Positions 45,966 through 56,685 of a stretch of DNA of 64,000 nucleotides are shown here, piece by piece. The stretch is from an uncultured Verrucomicrobiae bacterium. Its GTDB lineage: Bacteria; Verrucomicrobiota; Verrucomicrobiia; Chthoniobacterales; JAFAMB01. The position numbers were made by a program, and so were the translations under genes. A model generated the notes under the pieces. It was given only the letters and a program-made list of their open reading frames with translations, was not told where the DNA came from and searched no databases. Each line of letters begins with the position of its first letter. Position 1 is the stretch's first letter. The stretch covers positions 119,886 through 183,885 of the forward strand of contig CAWBYX010000028.1 of NCBI GenBank assembly GCA_963793135.1. The letters run 5' to 3'.

Positions 45966-47339
45966 TCAGTGGTTGGTCGATCCGTTCCCATTTGCTTTGG
46001 TCCCTGCAGTCGCCGCAAACTCGTCCTTGAACTTGGCGACGAAGCTTTGGGTCGGCCACGCGCAGGCTTCGCCAAAGGCACAAATCGTCCGACCGGCGAT
46101 ATTGTCGGCCACGCTTTTCAGCGTGTCGGTGTCTTCTCCAACGCCACCACCATGAAGCATTCGCTCGGTGATTTTTTTCATCCAAAGTGAGCCTTCCCGA
46201 CAAGGGGTGCATTGGCCGCAGCTCTCGTGCGCGTAGAACTCGTTGATATTGTTCAGTGCCCAAAGCATTTCCCGGGTGTCGTCCATCACGATGATGCCTC
46301 CAGATCCTGCCATCGAGCCGACAGCAGCTAAAGTATCGAAATCGAGCGCAACATCCTCGAGGCCGATTTCGCTTTCAACCATCGTGCCGTCCGCCTGTTT
46401 GGTTTTGATCTTATAGCGGTCTTTGGCGCTCAGCACTTTCGCAGAACTACCTCCCGGAATAACGGCTTTCAGCGTGCGGCCAGGCTTGAGGCCGCCGCAA
46501 ATATCGTAGATCAATTCACCCATGGTGATCCCGCCCACCTCGAATTCGTAATAGCCGGGCCGCTGGACATCTCCGCTGACGCAGAGGACGCGAGTCCCGG
46601 TGTTATTTGGTTTTCCGATCTTGGCGTACTCTGCGCCGCCGATCCGCATGATGTATTTTACGTTGCAGAGTGTTTCCACGTTGTTGACAATGGTCGGGCA
46701 CAAATACAATCCGAGCACCGCGGGAAAATAAGGTGGCTTGATGCGTGGATACGGGCGCTTTCCTTCCATCGATTCAATCAGGCCGGTTTCCTCTCCGCAA
46801 ATGTAGGCGCCAGCACCACGAAAAATATAGATCTCCAGATCGAATCCCGATCCCAGAATATTTTTCCCGAGAAACCCGTGCGCCCTGGCCTCAGCAAGTG
46901 CGCGTTCGAGAATCTTGGCGCCTTCAGGGAACTCCCCGCGGATGTAGATATAGGCGAGACGGGCATTGACGGCGAAACAGGAAATAATCATTCCCTCCAC
47001 CAGTTGATGAGGATCCTGATGAATAATGTACCGGTCTTTGAAGGTGCCGGGCTCTGATTCGTCCGCGTTGCAGATCAGATACGTCGGTTTGGGTCCGCCC
47101 GGCTTGATAAAGCCCCATTTTACTCCGCAGGGAAAACCTGCGCCTCCGCGTCCTCGCAGACCGGAGATCTTAACCTCGTTCACGATCTCTCCCGGCTGCA
47201 TCGAGAACGCTTTTTTCAGTTCTTCATAGCCGCCGTCCTGGAGATAGCAGTCGATATCATTCGTCCAGCCTGGCCGATCAATATTCTTGAAGATGATCCG
47301 GTTTTCGCGCGGGTGCGGAGTGCGAATAGTCGAGGCCAT
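45966..47339 (-). CDS. nuoF: NADH-quinone oxidoreductase subunit F
   Basis: GLRGRGGAGFPCG (FMN/NADH site), ESCGQCTPCREG (4Fe-4S). Confidence 0.95.
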   Translation of the reverse strand: MASTIRTPHPRENRIIFKNIDRPGWTNDIDCYLQDGGYEELKKAFSMQPGEIVNEVKISGLRGRGGAGFPCGVKWGFIKPGGPKPTYLICNADESEPGTFKDRYIIHQDPHQLVEGMIISCFAVNARLAYIYIRGEFPEGAKILERALAEARAHGFLGKNILGSGFDLEIYIFRGAGAYICGEETGLIESMEGKRPYPRIKPPYFPAVLGLYLCPTIVNNVETLCNVKYIMRIGGAEYAKIGKPNNTGTRVLCVSGDVQRPGYYEFEVGGITMGELIYDICGGLKPGRTLKAVIPGGSSAKVLSAKDRYKIKTKQADGTMVESEIGLEDVALDFDTLAAVGSMAGSGGIIVMDDTREMLWALNNINEFYAHESCGQCTPCREGSLWMKKITERMLHGGGVGEDTDTLKSVADNIAGRTICAFGEACAWPTQSFVAKFKDEFAATAGTKANGNGSTNH

Positions 47340-47341
47340 GG

Positions 47342-47842
47342 TTAGAGATATTTTTCGAGTAATTGTGGAACTTCGTCTTGAGCCACCGCTTCGTAAAAAT
47401 CATCGTTGATCATGCAGACCGGCCCGAAGCCACAGCTGGCCAGGCATTCGACGAATTCGATGCTGTATTTCCCGTCCTTGCTTTTGAGCAAATGCGCGCC
47501 ATGGCCATTTCCCTGCCGGTCAATCGCGGCGTGTTTACAGAAGGTGTCCAGAAGTTCATATCCGCCCGCCATGGCACACGAGAGCGTACGGCAGACGCGG
47601 ATGTGATGCTTTCCGGCCGGTTCCCGGCGAAACATTGGATAGAAAGTCACCAACTCCAGAACGTTGATCGGCTCGAGTCCAAGTTTTGCCGCGATCCAGG
47701 TGATCGCTTCGTCTTCCAGATACCCATAGTGTTCCTGGATCAGGTGAAGTAACGGCAACGCGGCGCTGCGTTTGGAAACCGGGTATTGGGTGATCACTTC
47801 ATCAATCCTGGCTTCGAATTCGGCCGGTAGTTCCATCTTCAT
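47342..47842 (-). CDS. nuoE: NADH-quinone oxidoreductase subunit E
   Basis: Thioredoxin-like 2Fe-2S subunit; Cys in VCRTLSC...ECLASCG. Confidence 0.92.
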   Translation of the reverse strand: MKMELPAEFEARIDEVITQYPVSKRSAALPLLHLIQEHYGYLEDEAITWIAAKLGLEPINVLELVTFYPMFRREPAGKHHIRVCRTLSCAMAGGYELLDTFCKHAAIDRQGNGHGAHLLKSKDGKYSIEFVECLASCGFGPVCMINDDFYEAVAQDEVPQLLEKYL

Positions 47843-48132
47843 TTCTCCTTCATTTGTTCAGGCTCATTGATTAGACGCCCATTCTGGAAGTGAAGGACAA
47901 CCGTCTCCCCATCGTGATTGTAGAAATATCGGGTGATGGCCATCGTCTTCTTCTGCGTCTCCAATTCCAGATCCACTTTCTCCGTCTTATCCGGATTTCC
48001 GAGGATTGATTCGACCTCCTTCTGGGTCATGTTGATCTTGACTTGCGCCAGATTCCGGTTGCCAAATTCTCTTTGGCAGCCGGTCATGATGAGAATTGCG
48101 ACTGCAACCAGAAGAAGCTCGTGCCATCGCAT
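47839..48132 (-). CDS. Small lipoprotein embedded in the nuo operon (SmpA/OmlA-BamE-like segment suspected)
   Basis: Signal peptide plus a lipobox-like ILIMTGC. MTQKEVESILGNPD resembles the BamE/DUF3862 motif. It starts 2 nt after the nuoD stop and overlaps the nuoE start by ATGA. Confidence 0.6.
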   Translation of the reverse strand: MRWHELLLVAVAILIMTGCQREFGNRNLAQVKINMTQKEVESILGNPDKTEKVDLELETQKKTMAITRYFYNHDGETVVLHFQNGRLINEPEQMKEK

Positions 48133-48134
48133 TT

Positions 48135-49389
48135 CTATCGGTCGGACTCGCCCATTACGAAATCCAAGCTGCCGAGGATCGCGACCACGTCACTCATCAT
48201 ATGGCCGGGAAGAATCTTCGGGAGAATGCTCAGATTCACGAACGATGGAGCCCGAATTTTTAACCGATGAGGCACTCCACCTCCCCGGCTGTTGATGTAA
48301 AACCCGAGCTCGCCCTTCGGGTTTTCCGCACCGAAATAAATTTCACCAGGCGGCGCGTGCACTCCTTCGGTGTGAATGATGAAATGATGGATCAATTCTT
48401 CCATCTTCATCAGGACTTTTGGTTTGTCCGGAGGCAGATTTTTTGGATCATGGACGGTGATCGGGCCTGAAGGCAATTTCTCGATCACTTGATGCAAGAG
48501 ATGAACGCTTTGACGCATTTCTTCGAAGCGGACGAGATAGCGGTCGTAGGCGTCCCCAACGGTGCCAACGGGAATATCGAAATCGTACTTCTCATAATCG
48601 AGATAGGGTCGGGCCTTTCGGACGTCGTAGTCAATTCCGCTTCCGCGGATGTTCGGACCAGTCAGGCCATAAGAAATGGCATCTTCCTTGGAGATCACAC
48701 CAAGATCCCTGGTGCGATCGACCCAGATCCGGTTTCGGGTCAAAAGCTTGTCGAGCTCATTCAATTGGGGGATGAATTCGTCCAGAAAGGTATTCAAGGC
48801 CGGAATGAATCCGTCCGGCAGATCGCGGGTCATACCGCCCACTCGGGTGTACGAAGTCGTGAACCGGGCGCCGGTCAGCAGTTCGATCAAATTGTAAAGT
48901 TTTTCACGCTCCGTGAAGGTATAAAGAAAGACAGTGGTCGCACCGACATCCATCGCGAAGGCCCCGAGGCCGAGAAGGTGAGCAGAGATCCGCGCAATTT
49001 CGCAGCAGATCACGCGGATCGCTTTTCCGCGCGGGGGAAGTTCCCAGCCCATCAATTTTTCGACGGCTAGAGTGTAAGCGACGTTATTGGCCAAAGGCGC
49101 CAGATAGTCCAGGCGGTCCGTGTAAGGAACAAACTGGTTGTACTGCATGTTCTCCGCGATCTTTTCATCCCCTCGATGGAGATAGCCGACGTCGGGATCA
49201 GCGCTAGTGATGATTTCTCCATCCAACTGGAGAATAATACGCAGATACCCCGTGGGTCGCCGGATGCGACGGTCCCATGTTAAGGGTGAGCTTTTCACCC
49301 AGCAGTTCGGAGTCGCTGATGGCTTCCAGCGATCTGGCCGCGCGTGCGAGAGTGTCAGGCGTTTCGGTAGCGCGAGTGGTAATTGCCAT
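48135..49389 (-). CDS. nuoD: NADH-quinone oxidoreductase subunit D, apparent 1-nt frameshift near 49245
   Basis: ORF 49204..49413 (..LTLNMGPSHPATHGV) joins 48135..49298 (LRIILQLDGEII..GYLHRG.EK). First gene of the operon; the start is 49389 or 49413. Confidence 0.9.
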
Positions 49390-49683
49390 AGCTGAAAGCG
49401 ACCAAGTTGACAAAGATAGGGTTTTCTTATTTAGGGTCGCAAGGCGTAATTTGGGAAATGTTTGTCACGGTCCAACGGGCGAGTTTGCGATTTGAATATC
49501 GCCGACGGCCCCGGCCATCAGATCAGACCCATTCCCCTCCGGGGCCTCCGTGCAATGCTTTGCTCCAGAGAACTTGTCTGATCATTGGGAGTGAGAGAAT
49601 TTGTCGCTTTTTGTTTCCTTCAAGCGGCAAAGTTCTGTAGAAAACGACCGAGAATCAACCTCAAGATCGGGAGAACGAAATTA

Positions 49684-51003
49684 ATGGAAAGCTCCGCACC
49701 AAGTACGGGCAACAATCCGAAAGTCGTCATCATTGGCGGCGGCTTCGGAGGGTTGTATGCCGCCAGAATACTGGCCAACCAGCCGGTTGATGTCACATTA
49801 ATCGATCGCACCAATCATCACTTGTTTCAGCCTTTGCTGTACCAGGTGGCGACCGCCATGCTTTCCCCCGCGGACATCGCGCAACCCATCAGATCCATCT
49901 TGAGGGATGCGAAAAATATTCGCGTCGTGATGGGCCGGGTTGAAACAATCGATACCGCGGCAAAGATAGTTCACACCCACGGAACGCAATATCCATACCA
50001 CTACTTGATTCTGGCGGCTGGCGCGCGCCACTCCTATTTTGGCAATGATCATTGGGAGGCCTTTGCGCCGGGTTTGAAAAATCTCTCTGATGCCTTGGAG
50101 TTGCGCCGCCGCATCTTGAATTCGTTCGAAATAGCCGAAACCACGCAGGATCCGGAGATTCAAGAAGCCGCCATGACTTTTGTCGTCATCGGAGCCGGTC
50201 CAACAGGAGTCGAAATGGCAGGATCCATTTCGGAGCTCGCGAAGCGAACGATTGTGCATGATTTTCGGAAGATTCAGACCAAGAGGGCGCGAATTATTTT
50301 GCTCGATGCGGCGCCAAAGGTCTTGCCGATGTTCGATGATACTCTTTGCGGCTCGGCTCTTAAACAGCTTGAGATGCTGGATATTGAGGTGAGAGTCGGC
50401 ACCAAAGTGCTCGGTGTGACTTCCGAAGGCGTTCAACTCGAGAACGAATTTATCCGTGCCCGTACCGTGGTCTGGGCCGCTGGTAACGCAGCGTCGCCCT
50501 TGGCGAAGCAAGTAGGGGAAACGGATCGTCAAGGCCGGATCATTGTCAACCCAGACCTGAGTGTTCCGGGTCATCCCGAGATTTTTGCCATCGGTGACGT
50601 CGCTAATTTTTCGCACCAGGGCGGTAAACCTCTTCCCGGGATTGCCCCGTTTGCGATGCAGTCGGGAGAAGCGGCGGCTCGGAACATTATGGCCCAAGCC
50701 CTTGGGAGTCCGACGAAAACGTTTAAATACTGGGACAAAGGAAGCATGGCCACGATCGGTCGAAATAAAGCCATTGCTGATCTCAAGGTGGTCAAGTTGA
50801 GCGGATTTCTCGCCTGGCTGAGCTGGCTCCTGATCCACTTGCTTTTCATCGTGGAGCTCCGAAATCGGATCCTCATCTTCTTCCAGTGGGCCTGGGGTTA
50901 TATCACCTACAGCCACGGTGCACGCCTGAGCTATCGAGCATTTCGCCCGGCGGTACCTCCGAAAGAGGGTAGTGTGCGGTCGAATGCCGAAGAACTTTTG
51001 TGA
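49684..51003 (+). CDS. ndh: Type II NADH:quinone oxidoreductase (NDH-2)
   Basis: KVVIIGGGFGGLYAAR, a second dinucleotide fold FVVIGAGPTGVEMAG, and a C-terminal amphipathic/membrane segment. The start is taken at MESSAPS. Confidence 0.88.
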   Translation: MESSAPSTGNNPKVVIIGGGFGGLYAARILANQPVDVTLIDRTNHHLFQPLLYQVATAMLSPADIAQPIRSILRDAKNIRVVMGRVETIDTAAKIVHTHGTQYPYHYLILAAGARHSYFGNDHWEAFAPGLKNLSDALELRRRILNSFEIAETTQDPEIQEAAMTFVVIGAGPTGVEMAGSISELAKRTIVHDFRKIQTKRARIILLDAAPKVLPMFDDTLCGSALKQLEMLDIEVRVGTKVLGVTSEGVQLENEFIRARTVVWAAGNAASPLAKQVGETDRQGRIIVNPDLSVPGHPEIFAIGDVANFSHQGGKPLPGIAPFAMQSGEAAARNIMAQALGSPTKTFKYWDKGSMATIGRNKAIADLKVVKLSGFLAWLSWLLIHLLFIVELRNRILIFFQWAWGYITYSHGARLSYRAFRPAVPPKEGSVRSNAEELL

Positions 51004-51021
51004 TCGCCGTGTGACGCGGAA

Positions 51022-51495
51022 ATGACAGAGTGGTCCTCGTGGCAACCGAGGGAACGGGCGACCTTGTGTTTCGTTCGAGACAATGAACGGGTCTTAATGA
51101 TCCGAAAGAAACGCGGCCTCGGAGCCGGGAAAATTAACGGAGTGGGCGGAAGGCTCGAGCTCGGTGAGATGCCATTTGCGGGCATCTTGCGCGAGGCGCA
51201 GGAAGAACTAGGGATTACATTGTTGGACCCTGTCAAGCGGGGCGAATTGCATTTTCAATTTCTGGACGGTTACAGTCTTTTTTGCACCGTGTTTGTGGCG
51301 TCCCGTTTCGATGGAACCCCGGTCGAAACGGAAGAGGCTGTGCCCCTCTGGTTTGATGTTCGGAAACTCCCGTTTCACGAGATGTGGGAGGATGATCAGC
51401 TCTGGCTTGGCAGAGCGCTCGAGGGAAAATCATTCCGCGGGTTCTTTGATTTCGACGGAGAGAAGATGCTAAGCCAACGAGTGGATTGGGAATAG
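51022..51495 (+). CDS. NUDIX hydrolase (MutT-like)
   Basis: Nudix box GGRLELGEMPFAGILREAQEELGI. Confidence 0.8.
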   Translation: MTEWSSWQPRERATLCFVRDNERVLMIRKKRGLGAGKINGVGGRLELGEMPFAGILREAQEELGITLLDPVKRGELHFQFLDGYSLFCTVFVASRFDGTPVETEEAVPLWFDVRKLPFHEMWEDDQLWLGRALEGKSFRGFFDFDGEKMLSQRVDWE

Positions 51496-51514
51496 TTCCA
51501 TCCTCATTGCAATC

Positions 51515-52390
51515 GTGCGGATTGGCAGCTATTCGTTTCTCGCGACCGTGTTCGATTACATCCAGCGGATCCTCAAATTCATTCGGTTTTCCCACACAGT
51601 TTTCGCGCTGCCATTCGCCGCAGGTTCGATGATTGTCGCAGCACACGGTTTTCCCAGGATGCGAATCGTTCTACTCATTCTTCTTGCCATGGTCTTCGCC
51701 AGGACGGCAGCCATGGCGTTCAACCGAGTGGCGGATTGGGAAATTGACAAGGAAAACCCCCGGACCGCCGGACGCCACAAGCTGGTCTCGAAGCGGGTGG
51801 GATGGTCGCTGGTCGTGTTTCCGTCCGCCGCATTTGTCCTGGTCAGTTGGCTTATCAACCCACTCTGTTTCGCGCTTTCGCCGGTCGCGCTGGCGATTGT
51901 CTTCTTCTATTCCTTGACCAAGCGTTTTACGTCGTTCACCCAATTTTTTCTTGGGCTGGCGCTGGCGGTTTCTCCGGTGGGCGCATGGTTGGCGGTCAAA
52001 GGCCAGTTCGCCTTGCCACCTCTTGTCTTGGCTCTCGGGGTCGTATTCTGGCTGATTGGATTTGACCTGATCTATGCGATCCAGGATTACGACTTCGATA
52101 AGCGCAAAGGGCTAGGTTCGATGGTCGTGCGGTTTGGGATCCCTGGCAGTCTGCGATTGGCCCAAGTCATGCACGGAATCTTGTTCATTTGCCTGATACT
52201 GTTCGGTTTGGTGAGCGGTCTGGGCGTGATTTATTATGCCGCGTTGGTCCTGGTTTTGGGTGCCTTGATTTACGAGCATCGGGCCGCGGCGCATCTGGAC
52301 ATTGCGGGCATCAATAAGGCATTCTTTCAGAGCAACGCCTTCGTGAGCCTGGTCTTTGTCCTGGCCGTGGCTGCGGATGTTTACGCGTAG
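51515..52390 (+). CDS. UbiA-family aromatic prenyltransferase (4-hydroxybenzoate polyprenyltransferase-like)
   Basis: [18 protein letters not shown] and a second Asp-rich motif [10 protein letters not shown]; polytopic. Confidence 0.8.
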   Translation: MRIGSYSFLATVFDYIQRILKFIRFSHTVFALPFAAGSMIVAAHGFPRMRIVLLILLAMVFARTAAMAFNRVADWEIDKENPRTAGRHKLVSKRVGWSLVVFPSAAFVLVSWLINPLCFALSPVALAIVFFYSLTKRFTSFTQFFLGLALAVSPVGAWLAVKGQFALPPLVLALGVVFWLIGFDLIYAIQDYDFDKRKGLGSMVVRFGIPGSLRLAQVMHGILFICLILFGLVSGLGVIYYAALVLVLGALIYEHRAAAHLDIAGINKAFFQSNAFVSLVFVLAVAADVYA

Positions 52391-52411
52391 GGTCCTGTCG
52401 CGCCGTCGTCA

Positions 52412-52815
52412 CTCGTGCTCGTGCTCGTTGTCGTCGTCGATTGTTTTCCCCGCCGGGCGGAACGAGGACGAGGACGACCACGAGCACGAGCAGGAAAAAT
52501 CCCGGTCGCTTCTTTATCGTGCTCGTCCTCGTCGTCGTGCTCGATTGTTTTCCCCGCCGAGCAGAACGAGGACGAGGACGACCACGAGCACGATTAGGAA
52601 AAATCGCCGTCGCTTCTTTATCGTGCTCGTCCTGGTCGTCGTGCTCGGTTATTTTCCCCGCCGGGCGGAACGAGGACGAGGACGACCACGAGCACGAGCA
52701 GGAAAAATCGCCGTCGCTTCTTTATCGTGCTCGTCCTCGTCGTCGTACTCGATTGTTTTCCCCCGCCGGGCAGAACGAAGAGCTGACGACGAGGCGACGG
52801 ACGAGCACGAGCACG
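52412..52815. repeat. Four tandem units of about 104 bp, each an imperfect 26-bp-stem hairpin, between ubiA-like and metH
   Basis: Unit = left arm cgtgctcgtcctcgtcgtcgtgctcg + loop attgttttccccgccgggcggaa + right arm cgaggacgaggacgaccacgagcacg + spacer caggaaaaatcgccgtcgcttctttat. Left arms are at about 52412, 52518, 52622 and 52726. About 22/26 arm positions are complementary. Confidence 0.88.
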
Positions 52816-52908
52816 ATTGAGCGTAATCACCTATCGATCCATCAAGATGGATCAATCTATTATTTGCGGTGTAGAACCCCCGATGCTAAGGTCCCAGTTC
52901 CATCGTCT

Positions 52909-55900
52909 ATGGCCAGCCACCTGCAAAAAGCCCCTTCTTTCGATATCGTTGAAGCTCTAGACCAGCGGATCCTCATCCTGGATGGAGCCATGGGAACCAT
53001 GGTTCAACAGTTCAAACTCCAGGAGGACGATTATCGAGGAACTTTATTCGCCAGCCATTCCACGTATCTGAAAAATAACAACGATGTGCTCTGCCTCACC
53101 CGGCCCGAGATCATCGGACAGATTCACCGCCAATATCTTGAAGCTGGCGCCGATATCATTGAGACGAATACTTTCAACGCGACGTCGATTTCGCAGCAGG
53201 ATTTTGGATTGGAACAGTATGTCCCTGAGATGAACCGTGTCGCGGCTCGCTTAGCCAGGGAAGCGGTTGAACAGGTGACGGCCAAGGATCCCACCCGGAA
53301 ACGATATGTGGCCGGGGCGATCGGGCCGTTGAATCGAACCTTATCTATTTCGCGCGATGTCAACGATCCCGGCAAACGCGAGGTGACTTGGGAACAGGTC
53401 AAGAATGCTTACCAGGAACAGGTTGCTGCTCTGATCGAAGGGGGTGTCGATTTGCTGCTGGTGGAAACGACTTTCGATACGTTGAATCTCAAGGCGGCTT
53501 TGTTCGCGATCGAGGAGCATTTCGAGAGTTTGGGATATCGTCTGCCAGTCATGGCCTCGGGAACGATCACGGACGCTAGCGGCCGAACCTTGACCGGCCA
53601 GACGACGGAGGCTTTTTGGATCTCGATTTCTCATGCGCCGCTGCTCAGCGTTGGCCTTAACTGCGCTCTCGGGCCGAAGGAGTTGCGGCCCTACATCGAG
53701 GAATTAGCGCGAATTGCGCCGATCTACGTTTCCTGCTATCCGAACGCCGGCTTGCCCGATCCTTTGTCTCCGACCGGTTTCCCCGAAACTCCGGAAACGT
53801 TGGCGCCTCAACTTCAGGAATGGGCTGAACTCGGATGGTTAAACATCGTCGGCGGTTGCTGCGGTACGACACCGGCACATATCGCGTTGCTGGCGGAAGT
53901 CGTCAAAAATCTCCCTCCGCGCAAGTTACCTGTTTTTCCGCGAACAACCCAATTCAGCGGCCTCGAACCCTACAAGCTGGGGCTGGGGTTCACGGTGATC
54001 GGTGAACGAACCAACATTACGGGGTCGCCTAAGTTTTCGAAATTGATTTTGGCCGGAGATTTCGACGGTGCCTTGGCCGTGGCTCGGCAACAGGTTGAAG
54101 GGGGAGCGAACCTGATCGACATCAACATGGACGAGGGGATGATCGATTCCGAGGCAGCGATGGTGAAGTTTCTTAATCTGATCGCTGCAGAACCTGATAT
54201 CTCCCGGGTTCCGGTCATGATCGACAGTTCCCGTGGGAGCGTGCTGGAAGCAGGTCTCCGATGTGTGCAGGGCAAAGGAATCGTGAACTCGATCAGCCTG
54301 AAAGAGGGCGAGGAGAAATTCAAAAGCTATGCTCGACTAGTCCGTCGTTACGGTGCGGCGGCGGTGGTCATGGCCTTCGACGAGCAAGGCCAGGCAGACA
54401 ATCTGGCCCGAAGAAAAGAGATTTGTGCCCGGGCTTATCGAATATTGACGGAAGAGATAGGGTTTCCTCCGGAGGATATCGTTTTTGATCCGAATATTCT
54501 GACCGTCGCGACGGGCATGGAGGAGCACAATAATTACGCGGTCGACTTCATCGCGGCGGTACGCTGGATTAAGGAAACCTTGCCGTTTGCGCGGGTCAGC
54601 GGAGGGATTAGCAATATTTCGTTTTCATTTCGAGGGAACAACGTGGTCCGGGAAGCGATGCACGCGGCGTTTCTCTATCATGCGATTAACGCAGGGCTGG
54701 ATATGGGGATCGTGAATGCCGGCCAGTTGGCGGTTTACGAAGAGATCCCAAAAGATCTGCTCGAATTGGTGGAGGATGTGCTGCTTAACCGGCGTCCGGA
54801 TGCGACTGAACGGCTGGTCGACTTCGCGGAAAAAGTTAAATCTTCGGCGAAAGTCCAAGTGAAAGACGAGGCTTGGCGAGGGGCTCCAGTAGAGGAACGG
54901 TTATCGCACGCGCTCGTGAAGGGGATCGTCGATTTCATCGAACAGGACACCGAAGAAGCTCGAGCTCAAATACGGCAGACCGTTGGCGGTGATTGAAGGG
55001 CCGCTAATGTCCGGGATGAGTATTGTGGGCGACTTGTTTGGGGCTGGTAAGATGTTTTTGCCCCAGGTCGTCAAGAGCGCACGGGTGATGAAGAAGTCGG
55101 TGGCCTTTCTGACCCCCTTCATGGAGGCGGAACGTGCCTCTCAGGTTAACCCGCGGGCCCAGGGCAAGATCCTGATGGCGACAGTCAAAGGCGATGTCCA
55201 CGACATCGGGAAGAACATCGTGGGGGTGGTTCTCGCTTGTAACAACTATGAGGTGATCGATCTGGGTGTGATGGTTCCAGCCGAGAAGATTCTGGAAGTC
55301 GCCAAGGCGGAGTCTGTCGATGTGATCGGGCTCAGCGGATTGATCACCCCTTCACTCGATGAGATGGTTCATATGGCTCAGGAGATGGAGCGGCTCGATT
55401 TTCATCGGCCGTTGCTGATCGGCGGAGCCACCACGAGCCGCGCCCATACCGCGGTGAAGATCGCGCCTCATTACAGTGGGCCGACCGTCCATGTCCTCGA
55501 TGCTTCACGCGCCGTAGGTGTCGTTAGTGCGTTGATCAGCGACGATCAGAAACCGGAATTCGTCGGGAAAAATAGTCATGATCAGCAGCGCTTGCGCGAA
55601 GAATACGCCAACCGGAACGCGGATAAGAAACTGATCTCGATCGGAGACGCACGGCAACGCCGAACTCCCATCGATTGGGCAACAACTCGAATCGACGCGC
55701 CCGAATTCCTGGGTCGCCGGGTGATCTGGACGCAGTCGCTCGACGAACTGGTCGATTATATCGATTGGTCTCCGTTCTTTCATACCTGGGAATTGCGAGG
55801 TCGCTACCCGAAGATTTTGCAGGATCCGGAAGTCGGAGAACAGGCCCGGCAACTGTTTGAGGACGCGCAGAAATTGCTTCAGGACATCGTGAAAGGGAAG

Positions 55901-56632
55901 TTATTTACCGCCAGGGGGGTTTACGGATTTTGGCCGGCTAACAGCATCGGAGACGATATCGAATTATACACCGACGAGTCGCGTTCCGAGGTGCTGACCA
56001 CTTTTCATATGCTGCGCCAGCAGATGGCCAAACCGGCTGATCAGTATAATCATTCGCTCGCGGATTACATCGCTCCGCGGGACTCCGGTCGCGCGGATTA
56101 TCTTGGAGCATTTGCGGTAACGGCCGGACATGGCGCCGACGAATTGGCCAAACAATTTGAAGCCGATCATGATGACTATAACAGCATCATGGCCAAAGCA
56201 TTGGCAGACCGGCTCGCAGAAGCGTTTGCCGAGTGTCTGCATAAGCGTGTGCGTTTGGAATGGGGATACGGGAAAGAGGAACACCTCTCGAAAGAGGATT
56301 TACTCCGTGAGGTTTATCGAGGTATCCGCCCGGCCGCCGGCTATCCCGCGTGTCCAGATCACACCGAAAAGCGGATTTTATTCGACCTGCTCGCGGCTGA
56401 AGAAAACGCCAAGATCCAATTGACGGAAAGTTTCGCGATGTGGCCTGGTGCATCCGTGAGTGGCCTCTATTTTGGGCATCCTGAGGCCAAGTATTTCGGC
56501 GTGGGAAAAATCGACAAAGATCAGGTGGTGGATTATCACCGGCGGAAAGAAATGTTATTGGAAGAAGTCGAACGTTGGCTGGGTCCGTACCTGGCCTACG
56601 AGCCGGCGGTAACAAAGTTAGAGAAGGTTTGA
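52909..56632 (+). CDS. metH: Cobalamin-dependent methionine synthase, apparent 1-nt insertion at about 54969 (AAA run)
   Basis: All modules are present: Hcy-binding ([10 protein letters not shown]), pterin-binding, B12-binding ([11 protein letters not shown]), AdoMet-activation. ORFs 52441..54996 and 54983..56632 join as ..EEARAQ|[13 protein letters not shown]... The true start is ATG 52909 ([26 protein letters not shown]). Confidence 0.93.
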
Positions 56633-56685
56633 AGGAAAATTGAACAGATAAAGAGAACGCCAAGCCCAAGTGTCCTGGCACTTCT

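Noticed and set aside
49798-51045. Long antisense ORFs inside conserved genes (415 aa opposite ndh; also 5333..6034, 20392..21216, 17123..17692, 57334..58026, 40693..41415 and similar)
   Set aside because: The opposite-strand or alternate-frame genes have unmistakable conserved motifs. These are shadow ORFs, typical of GC-rich coding DNA.
52412-52815. CRISPR array (regularly spaced palindromic repeats)
   Set aside because: The segments between the hairpin arms (loops and 27-nt 'spacers') are themselves conserved from unit to unit, so there are no unique spacers. No cas genes are nearby. It is a tandem repeat of a whole 104-bp unit.
52845-52862. Small perfect hairpin gatccat-caag-atggatc upstream of metH as a terminator or riboswitch element
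   Set aside because: The stem is 7 bp and AT-rich, with no convincing U-tract and no recognisable SAM or B12 riboswitch core around it.
52441-52908. Low-complexity N-terminal extension of MetH (RTRTTTSTS...) suggested by the 851-aa ORF
   Set aside because: This is the stop-free translation of the tandem hairpin array. Canonical MetH N-terminal similarity begins at [26 protein letters not shown] (ATG 52909).
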